DNA of 64,000 bases from Candidatus Micrarchaeota archaeon (GTDB lineage Archaea > Micrarchaeota > Micrarchaeia > Norongarragalinales > JAPLXB01). Below, piece by piece: positions 26,634 through 35,131 of this stretch. Within the stretch, counting starts at the first letter, position 1, and the number at the start of each line of letters is the position of its first letter. Location of the stretch: contig JAPLXB010000045.1 of the NCBI GenBank assembly GCA_026396285.1, forward strand, positions 343-64,342, in the 5' to 3' direction. The translations under genes were made by a program, and so were the position numbers. Below the pieces are notes generated by a model. The model was not told where the DNA came from. It worked only from the letters and a program-made list of their open reading frames with translations, and made no database searches.

Positions 26634-29600
26634 TTAACCAAGTCCCAGTTCACTGCTTCGCCGGCGTCAATCGTGTGCTCGTAGTAGCCGGCAGTGTTCC
26701 CGGTTGAGAGGTTGATGTTTCCGGAGTTTATGGAGACGCTCGCATTCGAATAAGTTCCGCCGGTCCAGTCCGCGGAACCCGTTTCGGTGATGGTGTTGTT
26801 GGCCCACGAGTCGTTCCAGTAATACGCGCTGACGTTCACGTGCACGCCGCCGATGTCACTCCAAGTGGCGGTCTTGGCGAAGCCCGCAACCGTCGGCGGC
26901 GCCCAGGCGAAGAACGGGTCGGGCGAGTAAGTGCCGCTGCACTGGCGGCACGTGCGAGTGAAATTGATTGTGCCGTTTGTCCCGCTGCCCGACGGACTAT
27001 ACCCGCCGAGGGCGGTAACTGGACCGTAGTAAAGCAGCGAGGAGAACAACGCGTTTATTTTTCCGGCGTTACCGCCCGTGACAGTACTCCCGCCTTGTCC
27101 GCCGTTCGCATCAATAGTCTCAAAAATCAGCATGGTTCCGGTAAGGTTTACTGTCACGTTTCCTCCATTTCCTCCATATACCTTCCACTCAGTACTGCTG
27201 GCGCCGCATACCTTAATTTGATGCAAGTATGCGGTCTGTCCAGTCAACTCTACAGTTCCACCCGACCCGCAAACACTGGCAACAGTCCCACCACTATTCC
27301 ATCCCACGGCGCCAGTCGAAGTTATCGTCGTCAAGTTTATCGTCTGCGCCGCCACCCTAATCGCTCCTCCTGAGCCGCCATAGCCAGCATAGCCGCCAGC
27401 GCCAACGCCGTCTCCGCCAATTGATTTTATTTCAGTCCCATTTATCGCCTGGGCGATTACTGTAATGTTTCCAGTCCCTCCGCCATACGAGGTGCCAGCG
27501 CCATTCGTGCACTGCGCATAGCCTCCGACTGATTGAATGATCCCTAAGACCAGGATTTGAGACGAATTCATTAGTATGTTGCCTCCGCGCCCGCCATGGG
27601 CAAAGGAATATGTCCCGCTTGTGCTGCCGTAAGCGGCGCCTCCGCTCGAAGTTATGTTTGCCACTACGGTCTGCTGTGTGGAATTAATTGTTATAATTCC
27701 GCCTGAACCTCCATGGGGGTTGCCGCCGCCGGTATGATACGCTGACCCGCCATTAGACCTGACTAAGGTCGTTACGGTTATCGTCGGCGCTATCAGTTCG
27801 ACATTTCCTCCATCAGGCCCATAAACATCAAGTGGAGTGCCGTAGGAATACAAACCGGCTGAAACGTCTATTTGGGAAAGCCTAAGCGAACTGCCGGCGT
27901 TTATGTTCACGTCGCCTCCTTTGCCAGCGAGATAGTCGACTGCGCCGTTGGAATTGCCTCCGTTCGCGTTAACCGACGCCGCGGTGACATTGCCGGTCGC
28001 GTTTATTTTCAACGGGCCCCCCGGGCTGCCGGCTGTGGTTATCGTCGTGGCGTTTACCGAACCGTTCGCGTTAAACCTCACCGTTCCACCCGAACCGTAA
28101 CCGTAGGACGCACCAGATCCTCCTGATGTTGTTATTGTGCCCGCGTTTATTGTTCCGTTCGCGTTTATTGTGAGGTTTCCTCCCGCCCCCCCGAAGCCAT
28201 AGCCCGCTCCTCCTGTTGACGATATTGTTGAAACGTTTACTCCCCCGCCCGCGTTTATCGTGACCACGTCGGCATTACTCCCATCAAAAGCCGGAATAGC
28301 ACCATTTTTCGCTCCTCCGTCTGCAGCAATTGAATTGACTGTGACCTGGCCTGTTGCATTTATTGTCACTGCCCCTCCCTGACCAGTGTAGTACAGGCCG
28401 CCCTCGCTCGCCGTTCTAATGTTCGTGACTGTTACTGAGCCGTTCGCGTTTATCGTCAGCGGCCCTCCCGAGTAGCTTCCATCGTTGGCTGACGTGCCTG
28501 TTCTAGTTCCTGTTCCTATGTTCGTGGCTGTTACTGAGCCGTTCGCGTTAATCGTCACCGGCCCTCCAGAGCCGCCGTAGAAATCGGAGAGCTGCCCGTC
28601 TTCGGTTGATATCGTCGTGACGTTTATCGCGCCGTTCGCGTTCAGCGTTACGCTCCCGCCGCTGGACTGGTACCGGCCGCCGGCTCTCGCACTTATCAGG
28701 GAAGCTTTTATCGTGCCTGACGTGTTTATTTCAATGGAGCCACCATTCCCCCCGCCGGAGTTAAATTGTGAGCGGTTGCCGCCCATCGCCGTTATCGTGG
28801 TCACGTTCACTGGGCCGCTAGCGTTTAGCCTGATGCTTCCTCCAGACCCTGGATTATCCGGACCGGTTATGCCTGATGCGGTTATTGTCGTGCCGTTAAT
28901 TTGCTGCGCGTTTATGTCAATCGTGCCTCCATAATTGCCACGGCTCCGCGCGTCTATCGACGCTACATTGACCGCGCCCGTCGCGTTGATATAGACATTT
29001 CCCGGTAGTCCGTAACCGCTGAAAACAGTGTACTGATTTACTGTCGTTATCGTTCCTGCATTTATTGTCTGTGCAGTCAGACTGACATTTCCACTTCCTC
29101 CTGCTGCAGCGCCGTTTTTCTTGGTGGTGTCTATCGCATCCGGGTTTAAGGAATTTGCCCTGATTAAAAGATTGGTGCTGTGCGCGGTTATGCTGCCGGA
29201 GAACGTGTCCGAGGCATTCAAATGAACGTCTCCATAAGCCGGAATGCTTTGACTGCCGGTGAAGAAAAAGTTGCTGAAGGCCATGTTTGTTGAGTTGATG
29301 CCCAGCGGGTTCGAATCATGCCAAAACGACGATGAATAAAACGAGGCGTTCTGGTTCACCTGGAGCGACAGCGCCCCCGCAGAGTATACTGTCGCGCCGC
29401 CCGAGACGTTCAGGTACTCGTATGTCCTCGTCGCGGCCGCCATGTTGCACTGGATTCCATAGATTTTCGCGTTCGAGCCCTGGGCAGGCCCGCAGTTGAG
29501 CGAGTCGGGCTCGAGCCACGGCACGGCGTTAAATGACGGGTTGTTCGCGTAAAGCACGCTCGTGTCGTTTCCCTGCCAGTTGGGGAGGGTGAAGTAATAC

Positions 29601-31867
29601 GCGTCTGCCCCGGTCCAAGAGCCTCCTGGCGAGAACGACGTGGCGGCGAGGGAAACATTGACTATGTACCCGGTGCTGCCACTAACTACAGCGGTGGAGG
29701 AAAACGACGCGTTGGCCGCGGAAATGTCGATGTTGCCACCAGGGGAGGACCTGATAGTCCCCGCCTGATTGTAGTTGTTCGCAAAAAACCTTATCGAGTG
29801 AAGGTAGCCGCCTGACCCTTCGCCAACGAATCCGCCGTTTTCTATCGTCACGTTGCCGGAGAAATTGAAAGTGTGCGTGGTGTCGCTAACAAGGCCCGAG
29901 GTCCTGGTTATCCCCGCCCCGTTTTTGACGACGAGGTTGGTTCCGTTTATCGCGTAGTTTACGACCCTGATGTAGTGGAATTGGGTTATGTTGCACGTGT
30001 CCCCTCCCTCAAGGCTTCCTTGGTCGCACGCGAACACGGGAATCGTGAACTGGTCGATGAGCGAGAAGCTTGCATACCCGGTTTTTGAGCACGTGACGTT
30101 AAAGGACGCCGCGCCGTTCAGGTTGTTGGGGTTGACGGTCTTGTTGTACTCGTAAAGGCCCGAGGAGGCGTTGTAAGCCATGCTCGCGTCCGCGGCCCAC
30201 GAGCCGGCCGAGTTTTCGGAAAACAGGCACGTTGCGCCAGTGACTGGGTTGCCGGCAGCGCCCGTGTAATTCGCGTAAAACACTGGCTGGCGCGAGTAAT
30301 TCAACTGCTGTGCGATTGGGAGGTTTTCCATCGAGTCCCAAATCGCGAGGGCGGACGAGTAGTTTATCTGGAATGATACGTTGCTGACGACCGGGCTGGC
30401 CTGCGTGGAGTTGCTCGTGAGGTACATTTTGTACCGCATGTACCTCGCCTGGATTGGGGCCGAGGACGCGCTGGTTATCGCCTGGCCCGACGACGTGTAA
30501 TAGGCGGTCGGGTCAGCGAGCGGCCCGTGCCAGCCGTTCCACGTTACGCCATTGACTGAGTAATTGAGCTGGAAACTGAGGGCGGTGCCCGCCGGCACCA
30601 TGGCGTTGTAGAAGATTTTTTCCCACCTAACGCTGCTGCCGGCGTCGAAAGTGCTTGACTCGTAAGTGCCGTTCAGGTAATACCCCGGCGAACCGGTCGG
30701 GGTGTATGTCCACGTTTCGCCGTTGTTGCCGGTGGCGTTGTTTCCGCCGAACATGAGGAAAATCTTTTGCGCCGCGTAATACGCCATCGAGTGGTTCGCG
30801 CGCACAGGCGGCGGCGCCGGGTAAGTCACGTCAGACCACGTGTCGCCTCCCACGTCATAGGTGCGGATTGAATCAAGGTAACTTGCGCCGGTGTATCCGC
30901 CGAATTCAAGGAAAAGCCCCTGGTCTTGGTCAAACAACATTGTGTGGAACGCTTTCGCCCCCCCGGCTGCTTTCGCTCCCCAGGCGTTGGTGTTTGAATA
31001 GTATTCGCGCGTGTCGCTCAGGTAATCGGTTCCGTTGTATCCGCCGTCGAGTATGAACGTGCCTGAAGAAGTGGAGTATTCAAGCGCTGCGCCATAACGC
31101 GGCGAAGGCCAGTTTACTCCGAACGTCGTGTAGTTCACCCACGTGTTCTGCGTGAAATTGAATGCCCACAACTCGTTGAAAACGTTGGTGCCGTTGGTCC
31201 CGCCGAACAAGAAAATCGACTGGTTGGAGCCATGGTAAGCCATCGAGTAGTGATAGAGGGCTGGCGGGGATGCGGCGGGGCTGAGTAGCGTCCACGTGTT
31301 GTCCGAATAATTATAGGCCCACGTGTCGCTGAAAACGTTGGTGCCGTTCGTTCCGCCGAAAAGTATGATCCTGCCGCTGAGCGGGTCGTAAACCATTTTC
31401 ATGCCATAGCGCGGGGACGGGGCCGTGGACGGGTTGCGGTCAGTCCAGTTGTTGTTTGTGGAAAAATTATATGCCCGCGTGTCATTCAACGGGCCTGTGC
31501 CGTAGCCTCCGAACAACACCATGATTGCGGCGTTGTTTTCATAAGCCATTGCAAACGAGTTCCTGTCCGACGGCGAAGCCGCGGGCGTGAACTGCGTCCA
31601 GTTGACGAACTGCTTGAGCGTGAGGTTAGTGACTGAAACGTTCATCGTGTTGCTGAACGTGCCTTGGGTCCATTTCGCGGTGTCCTGGGACAGGTTTTTC
31701 AACGGCCCCTCCGCCATGAACAATCCGGTCACGGGGATGTTCACGCCCTCGAAATACTGGTAGAACAAGCCGATGCCGGCGACCACTGCGGCGCACGCTA
31801 ACACGATGGCAAGCCTCTTAGCCCACGGACTCTTGTTTCCACGTTTTTGGGGGGACATGCAGCCCAC
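26189..31867 (-). CDS. giant surface protein, N-terminal portion (ORF 1 of 2): signal anchor, Kelch beta-propeller, then Gly-rich beta-helix-like repeat array
   Basis: Signal-anchor helix LAIVLACAAVVAGIGLF. Five or six Kelch-like blades with F/LFGG and W-x-Y motifs (aa ~95..390). About 650 aa of ~30-aa repeats of the form GG.GG.VTINANG.V.VT.I.T. N-x-S/T sequons throughout. The last ~45 aa of this ORF (RPASTAARNTIMQKRRARIG...) are Arg-rich out-of-frame read-through. The true continuation is in the overlapping frame of the next ORF. Confidence 0.8.
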   Translation of the reverse strand: MGCMSPQKRGNKSPWAKRLAIVLACAAVVAGIGLFYQYFEGVNIPVTGLFMAEGPLKNLSQDTAKWTQGTFSNTMNVSVTNLTLKQFVNWTQFTPAASPSDRNSFAMAYENNAAIMVLFGGYGTGPLNDTRAYNFSTNNNWTDRNPSTAPSPRYGMKMVYDPLSGRIILFGGTNGTNVFSDTWAYNYSDNTWTLLSPAASPPALYHYSMAYHGSNQSIFLFGGTNGTNVFNELWAFNFTQNTWVNYTTFGVNWPSPRYGAALEYSTSSGTFILDGGYNGTDYLSDTREYYSNTNAWGAKAAGGAKAFHTMLFDQDQGLFLEFGGYTGASYLDSIRTYDVGGDTWSDVTYPAPPPVRANHSMAYYAAQKIFLMFGGNNATGNNGETWTYTPTGSPGYYLNGTYESSTFDAGSSVRWEKIFYNAMVPAGTALSFQLNYSVNGVTWNGWHGPLADPTAYYTSSGQAITSASSAPIQARYMRYKMYLTSNSTQASPVVSNVSFQINYSSALAIWDSMENLPIAQQLNYSRQPVFYANYTGAAGNPVTGATCLFSENSAGSWAADASMAYNASSGLYEYNKTVNPNNLNGAASFNVTCSKTGYASFSLIDQFTIPVFACDQGSLEGGDTCNITQFHYIRVVNYAINGTNLVVKNGAGITRTSGLVSDTTHTFNFSGNVTIENGGFVGEGSGGYLHSIRFFANNYNQAGTIRSSPGGNIDISAANASFSSTAVVSGSTGYIVNVSLAATSFSPGGSWTGADAYYFTLPNWQGNDTSVLYANNPSFNAVPWLEPDSLNCGPAQGSNAKIYGIQCNMAAATRTYEYLNVSGGATVYSAGALSLQVNQNASFYSSSFWHDSNPLGINSTNMAFSNFFFTGSQSIPAYGDVHLNASDTFSGSITAHSTNLLIRANSLNPDAIDTTKKNGAAAGGSGNVSLTAQTINAGTITTVNQYTVFSGYGLPGNVYINATGAVNVASIDARSRGNYGGTIDINAQQINGTTITASGITGPDNPGSGGSIRLNASGPVNVTTITAMGGNRSQFNSGGGNGGSIEINTSGTIKASLISARAGGRYQSSGGSVTLNANGAINVTTISTEDGQLSDFYGGSGGPVTINANGSVTATNIGTGTRTGTSANDGSYSGGPLTINANGSVTVTNIRTASEGGLYYTGQGGAVTINATGQVTVNSIAADGGAKNGAIPAFDGSNADVVTINAGGGVNVSTISSTGGAGYGFGGAGGNLTINANGTINAGTITTSGGSGASYGYGSGGTVRFNANGSVNATTITTAGSPGGPLKINATGNVTAASVNANGGNSNGAVDYLAGKGGDVNINAGSSLRLSQIDVSAGLYSYGTPLDVYGPDGGNVELIAPTITVTTLVRSNGGSAYHTGGGNPHGGSGGIITINSTQQTVVANITSSGGAAYGSTSGTYSFAHGGRGGNILMNSSQILVLGIIQSVGGYAQCTNGAGTSYGGGTGNITVIAQAINGTEIKSIGGDGVGAGGYAGYGGSGGAIRVAAQTINLTTITSTGAVGWNSGGTVASVCGSGGTVELTGQTAYLHQIKVCGASSTEWKVYGGNGGNVTVNLTGTMLIFETIDANGGQGGSTVTGGNAGKINALFSSLLYYGPVTALGGYSPSGSGTNGTINFTRTCRQCSGTYSPDPFFAWAPPTVAGFAKTATWSDIGGVHVNVSAYYWNDSWANNTITETGSADWTGGTYSNASVSINSGNINLSTGNTAGYYEHTIDAGEAVNWDLVKWWTTEPPGTNITMYTSSSNNSYKWTPLDSYSNSSTIAAYGGFYGDFAKAPVSRYLRYRAVFASNDSSKTPFLNEVYITWVNASAAPQLNGARSITLYNSTGDSRPASTAARNTIMQKRRARIGSRNSWRTGRSTRPRPLTRRACLIQ
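26950..29000. repeat. in-frame tandem repeat array (~30-aa Gly-rich beta-helix-like units) within the giant gene
   Basis: At least 20 successive units such as GGSVTLNANGAINVTTISTEDG, GGPVTINANGSVTATNIGTG and GGAVTINATGQVTVNSIAADGG. The DNA is correspondingly repetitive (many GGx GGx ... ACC ATC AAC GCx runs) and generates the spurious antisense ORFs at 27872..28126 and 28617..28934. Confidence 0.6.
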
Positions 31868-31884
31868 TTTTTAGGGTTTTCCGC

Positions 31885-31960
31885 TTTTTTAATGGTTACC
31901 TGCCTGGGGCTGGGCGCAAGAAATAAAAACCAGTTTGTTAAACAAGATTTAACAATGTTA
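31885..31960 (-). promoter_or_regulatory. putative promoter/operator of the giant-protein operon
   Basis: On the gene strand, a TATA-like ATTAAAAAAG (31885..31894) sits 18 to 27 nt upstream of the ATG. Further upstream are two adjacent near-palindromes, TGTTAAACA (31936..31944) and TAACAATGTTA (31950..31960), that share the half-site TGTT/AACA. Confidence 0.3.
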
Positions 31961-32055
31961 TCAAAACCGTGGTGGCGCGTTAACGGCGTTGTGATGGCCT
32001 TTCATCCTTTCATTGGCGCTTTGAACGGTTTTGAAACGGTTGAGGGGGCGGTGGT

Positions 32056-32364
32056 TTGGCCGGTGAATTCGTTGGGTTCAGGGCGCCGCAGCAGTTGACG
32101 AAAACGGTTGCGTGGCTCGCGAAACTCGAGGGCAAGGACAAGTCCCAGGAATACCGGGAAGTGTTCGAGGCGGGATTGCGGGAAAAGCGCCGCGAGCTTG
32201 CGCTTTCCAAGTACCTGGCCGGGGGGACGAGCGTGGAAAAGGCGGCTGAAATCGCCGGCGTCTCGGTGTGGGAGATGCTTGACGTGCTGGAAGAGAAAGT
32301 GGTTTCCATAAACTTTGATTTTGAGGGCTTCGTCGCCGCGCTCGCGCGCGAGAAGGAGAAGTGA
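32056..32364 (+). CDS. UPF0175-family antitoxin (HTH-containing)
   Basis: The conserved C-terminal segment KAAEIAGVSVWEMLDVLEEKVV matches the UPF0175 hallmark (AAelaGvs.weF...L...gi). The stop overlaps the start of the downstream DUF3368 toxin gene (ATGA-type overlap at 32361..32364). Confidence 0.6.
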   Translation: MAGEFVGFRAPQQLTKTVAWLAKLEGKDKSQEYREVFEAGLREKRRELALSKYLAGGTSVEKAAEIAGVSVWEMLDVLEEKVVSINFDFEGFVAALAREKEK

Positions 32365-32879
32365 TTGCCGTGCTGGCGGTGGCTGACAGCGTAACTCTAA
32401 TAAAATGCATGAGGGTCCGCGGCCTCCCGGAACTCCTGAGGAAGAGGTATTCCCGGGTCATTGTGCCCCAGGCGGTTTTTGCCAACGTGGTGGAAGCCGG
32501 CCGCGGGCTGGGAAAGCCCCATGTCGTGGATTTGGAAAAGGATTTCGCGAAAGGCTTTTTTGAGAGGAAAAGCGCGCCCCGCGGCGTTTCCGAAGCCTTG
32601 GTGGCCGAGGGCTTGGGCGCGGGCGAGGCCGAGGCAGTGGCGCTCGCCAAGGAGGTGGAGGCCGACGAACTGCTTGTTGACGAGAAGCCCGCCCGGAAAA
32701 TCGCGGTCCGGCTCGGAATCCATTCAATGCCCCTTGCGGCGCTGATAATCGCAGGGGCCCAGAAGAAGGCGGTTTCAAGGGAAAACGCGAAGAAAATGCT
32801 GGAAGAGCTGCTTGCTAAAAACTACCGCATAAGCGCCGCGCACTACATCAGCATAATTGAAATGGTTGACGAAGCGTGA
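32361..32879 (+). CDS. DUF3368-family PIN-like toxin, cognate to the UPF0175 antitoxin
   Basis: The D.S.LI.L, LGAGEAEAVALAKE and LLVDEKPARKIA motifs are diagnostic of DUF3368 (LG.GEaeaiaLA ... lDD..AR..A). The gene pairs with the upstream UPF0175 gene. Confidence 0.65.
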   Translation: MIAVLAVADSVTLIKCMRVRGLPELLRKRYSRVIVPQAVFANVVEAGRGLGKPHVVDLEKDFAKGFFERKSAPRGVSEALVAEGLGAGEAEAVALAKEVEADELLVDEKPARKIAVRLGIHSMPLAALIIAGAQKKAVSRENAKKMLEELLAKNYRISAAHYISIIEMVDEA

Positions 32880-33084
32880 CGGGGTTGCCAGCTGCCCGGA
32901 AAAAGGGCGCAAGGAAAATAATATAAACGCCCCGCCCCCACTTTCTCTTCACTCCTTTTTTGGAATTGAATGGGGAGTAAACCCGGACTGCTTGGGCGAC
33001 GGCTTCGCCATCGCCGGTGTAGCAGGGTTTGAGAACCATTCCGAAAACGTTTCACGTTTTTTCGGATTGCTTGAAGTGCGTGCA

Positions 33085-33390
33085 ATGGACATTGACCGGG
33101 CCATCAGGACAGCAGTGGATACTGGAAAGGTTTTTCTGGGCGCGGACAAGTCAAGGAAGCTTTCCCTCACCGGCGGGGCCAAGCTAGTCGTGATTGCGGC
33201 GAACTGCCCCGAGGACGCGGGCAGGGACCTGAGGCGCTACTGCGAACTCTCCAGCATACCCGTAGTCCCTTACGCGGGGACCAGCATGGAATTGGGCACC
33301 GTGTGCGGGAAACCGTTTCCAGTTTCCGCGCTGAGCGTGCTTGAGGAAGGGACGTCGGACATAATGAAGGCGGCAGAGGGAAAAAAATAA
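33085..33390 (+). CDS. rpl30e: 50S ribosomal protein L30e
   Basis: 101 aa from the internal ATG. The sequence AIRTAVDTGKVFLGADKSRK...GGAKLVVIAAN...ELSSIPVVPYAGTSMELGTVCGKPFPVSALSV aligns along its length with archaeal L30e. The 76-aa upstream extension in the ORF track has no homology. Confidence 0.8.
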   Translation: MDIDRAIRTAVDTGKVFLGADKSRKLSLTGGAKLVVIAANCPEDAGRDLRRYCELSSIPVVPYAGTSMELGTVCGKPFPVSALSVLEEGTSDIMKAAEGKK

Positions 33391-33431
33391 GCAGGGCAGC
33401 GGGACGGCTGGCGTCATGTTTTGGGCGGTGA

Positions 33432-33860
33432 ATGTTTTTGGCTGTGACGATTTCAAACAACGAGATACAGGCGATCAACATGTTCGAGGCAAGGACGGGC
33501 GCGCGGGCGAACGACGTCGTTTTTACGGACGACACAGTGATTTTCATGGTCCAGAAAGGCGACTTGGGGCGGGCAATCGGGAGGAACGGCGCCACCATAA
33601 TGGGTTTGAAGAAGGCGCTTGACAAGGAAGTAGAGCTCGTGGAGTCCGCCGACACCTTGGAAGGGCTGTTGGCAAACCTTTTCCGCCCGGCGCAAGTGAC
33701 TGAAGTCAGGCTGGAGGAAAGGGATGGGAAAAAAGTGGCGGTAGTGAAAGTGGATGCGAAGAGCAAGGGCCTCGCCATCGGCAAGGGAGGGAAGAGGATA
33801 AATTCCGCGAGAATCATTGCAAAACGGTGCTTTGACTGCGACGAAGTGAGGCTGGCTTGA
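33432..33860 (+). CDS. nusA: transcription termination/antitermination factor NusA (archaeal two-KH form)
   Basis: 142 aa with two KH GXXG motifs (IGRNGATI and IGKGGKRI). Canonical position between L30e and S12. Confidence 0.85.
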   Translation: MFLAVTISNNEIQAINMFEARTGARANDVVFTDDTVIFMVQKGDLGRAIGRNGATIMGLKKALDKEVELVESADTLEGLLANLFRPAQVTEVRLEERDGKKVAVVKVDAKSKGLAIGKGGKRINSARIIAKRCFDCDEVRLA

Positions 33861-33938
33861 AAAACGGCGCTGAAGGATGCTGGATGATACTAAATTGATG
33901 ATTGATGCTGGAAATCGATTGTTTTATGGTGATGATGG

Positions 33939-34367
33939 ATGGGAATGGGTGAATTCGCCGGAAGGTACTTGGAACGCAGCAGGAAGAAGAGGCGCTGGCG
34001 CAAGAAGACGTGGAAAAGGAAGGCGCTCGGCCTAAAGGAAAAATTCGACCCGCTGGAAGGCGCGCCGATGGCGAAGGGAATTGTTCTCAAAAAAGTGGGA
34101 ATGGAGCAGAAGCAGCCGCACTCGGGAATCATCAAGTGCGTCGTCGTCCAGCTCATTAAGAATGGTAAGAAGGTGACCGTTTTTGCGCCGCGGGACAAGG
34201 CCATCGGGTTCATTGACGAGCACGACGAAGTGACGATATCCGGCCTGGGCGGCTCGCAGCGCGGGCAAATGGGTTCCATTCCCGGAGTCAGGTACAAGGT
34301 CGACGCCGTGAACGGAGTGAATTTGGACCAGTTGAGGCTCAAGAAGAAGGAGAAACCGAAGAGGTAA
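33939..34367 (+). CDS. rps12: 30S ribosomal protein S12 (uS12)
   Basis: Matches [45 protein letters not shown]...PGVRYKV. Confidence 0.9.
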   Translation: MGMGEFAGRYLERSRKKRRWRKKTWKRKALGLKEKFDPLEGAPMAKGIVLKKVGMEQKQPHSGIIKCVVVQLIKNGKKVTVFAPRDKAIGFIDEHDEVTISGLGGSQRGQMGSIPGVRYKVDAVNGVNLDQLRLKKKEKPKR

Positions 34368-34377
34368 AGTGATTTGA

Positions 34378-35031
34378 ATGGAAGGGCAGGAAAACGTTGA
34401 AAAGGGCAAAATCGCGGAACGCGGCGGAGAGACGAAACTCTTCGGCAAATACTCGTTCGAGGGCATTGAAGTCAGGGACCCGGGCATCAGGCAGTACGCG
34501 TCGTTCACGCCCGTCGTTTACCCGCACACTTTCGCGAGGCACGCCAACAAGCAGTTCGCGAAATCAAAGGTCAACGTGGTCGAACGGCTCGCGAACAAGC
34601 TCATGCGCGGCGGGACCGGCGGCAAGCTCGGCGGCAAACTCATACGCACGCACGGGAAGCTCCAGGGCAAGAAACTCCGCGTGCTGAAAATAATGGAGGA
34701 CGCGTTCGCCATCATACTCGCGCAGACCAAGCAGAACCCGGTCCAGGTTCTCGTGAGGGCGATTGAAAACAGCGCGCCCCGCGAGGACGTGACGAGCGTG
34801 CGCTTCGGCGGCATCGCCTACCAAGTCGCAGTCGACGTGGCCGCGCAGAGGCGGCTTGACATGGCGCTGAGGAACATCACGGTCGCGGCAATCATGGGCT
34901 CGTTCAACAAGAAGCCCACGCTGGCGGAGACGCTGGCGAACGAAATCATCCTCGCGGGCAAGGGCGACCCGAACAGCTACGCGATAAAGCGCAGGAACGA
35001 CACTGAGAGGATGTCGCGGAGCGCGAGATGA
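34378..35031 (+). CDS. rps7: 30S ribosomal protein S7 (uS7)
   Basis: Matches LFGKYSFEGIEVRDPGI...VNVVERLANKLMRGG...DVTSVRFGGIAYQVAVDVAAQRRLDMALRNI. Confidence 0.9.
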   Translation: MEGQENVEKGKIAERGGETKLFGKYSFEGIEVRDPGIRQYASFTPVVYPHTFARHANKQFAKSKVNVVERLANKLMRGGTGGKLGGKLIRTHGKLQGKKLRVLKIMEDAFAIILAQTKQNPVQVLVRAIENSAPREDVTSVRFGGIAYQVAVDVAAQRRLDMALRNITVAAIMGSFNKKPTLAETLANEIILAGKGDPNSYAIKRRNDTERMSRSAR

Positions 35032-35131
35032 TAATGGTTGCCAAGGCCGCAGGGGGCGCTGGCTCCCTGCTGGCGCGGAGCGCAAGGCAAGGAGTAAAAC
35101 GTCACTAAGCGTTTTTTTGAAGTGATTTTCC

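Noticed and set aside
26950-29000. Considered whether the highly periodic DNA could be a CRISPR array or non-coding satellite
   Set aside because: Units are about 90 bp, degenerate and in-frame, with no spacer/repeat alternation. They translate into a coherent Gly-rich protein repeat. No cas genes are present anywhere in the window.
32915-32927. AAAATAATATAAA box after the PIN-toxin stop, considered as the L30e promoter
   Set aside because: It lies about 160 nt upstream of the L30e ATG, which is long for archaeal leaders. It could equally be a terminator or promoter for another transcript, so it is not listed as a feature.
32857-33084. 76-aa N-terminal extension of L30e in the ORF track
   Set aside because: No similarity to L30e. 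The alignment begins at the internal ATG at 33085. The extension would overlap the PIN-toxin stop.
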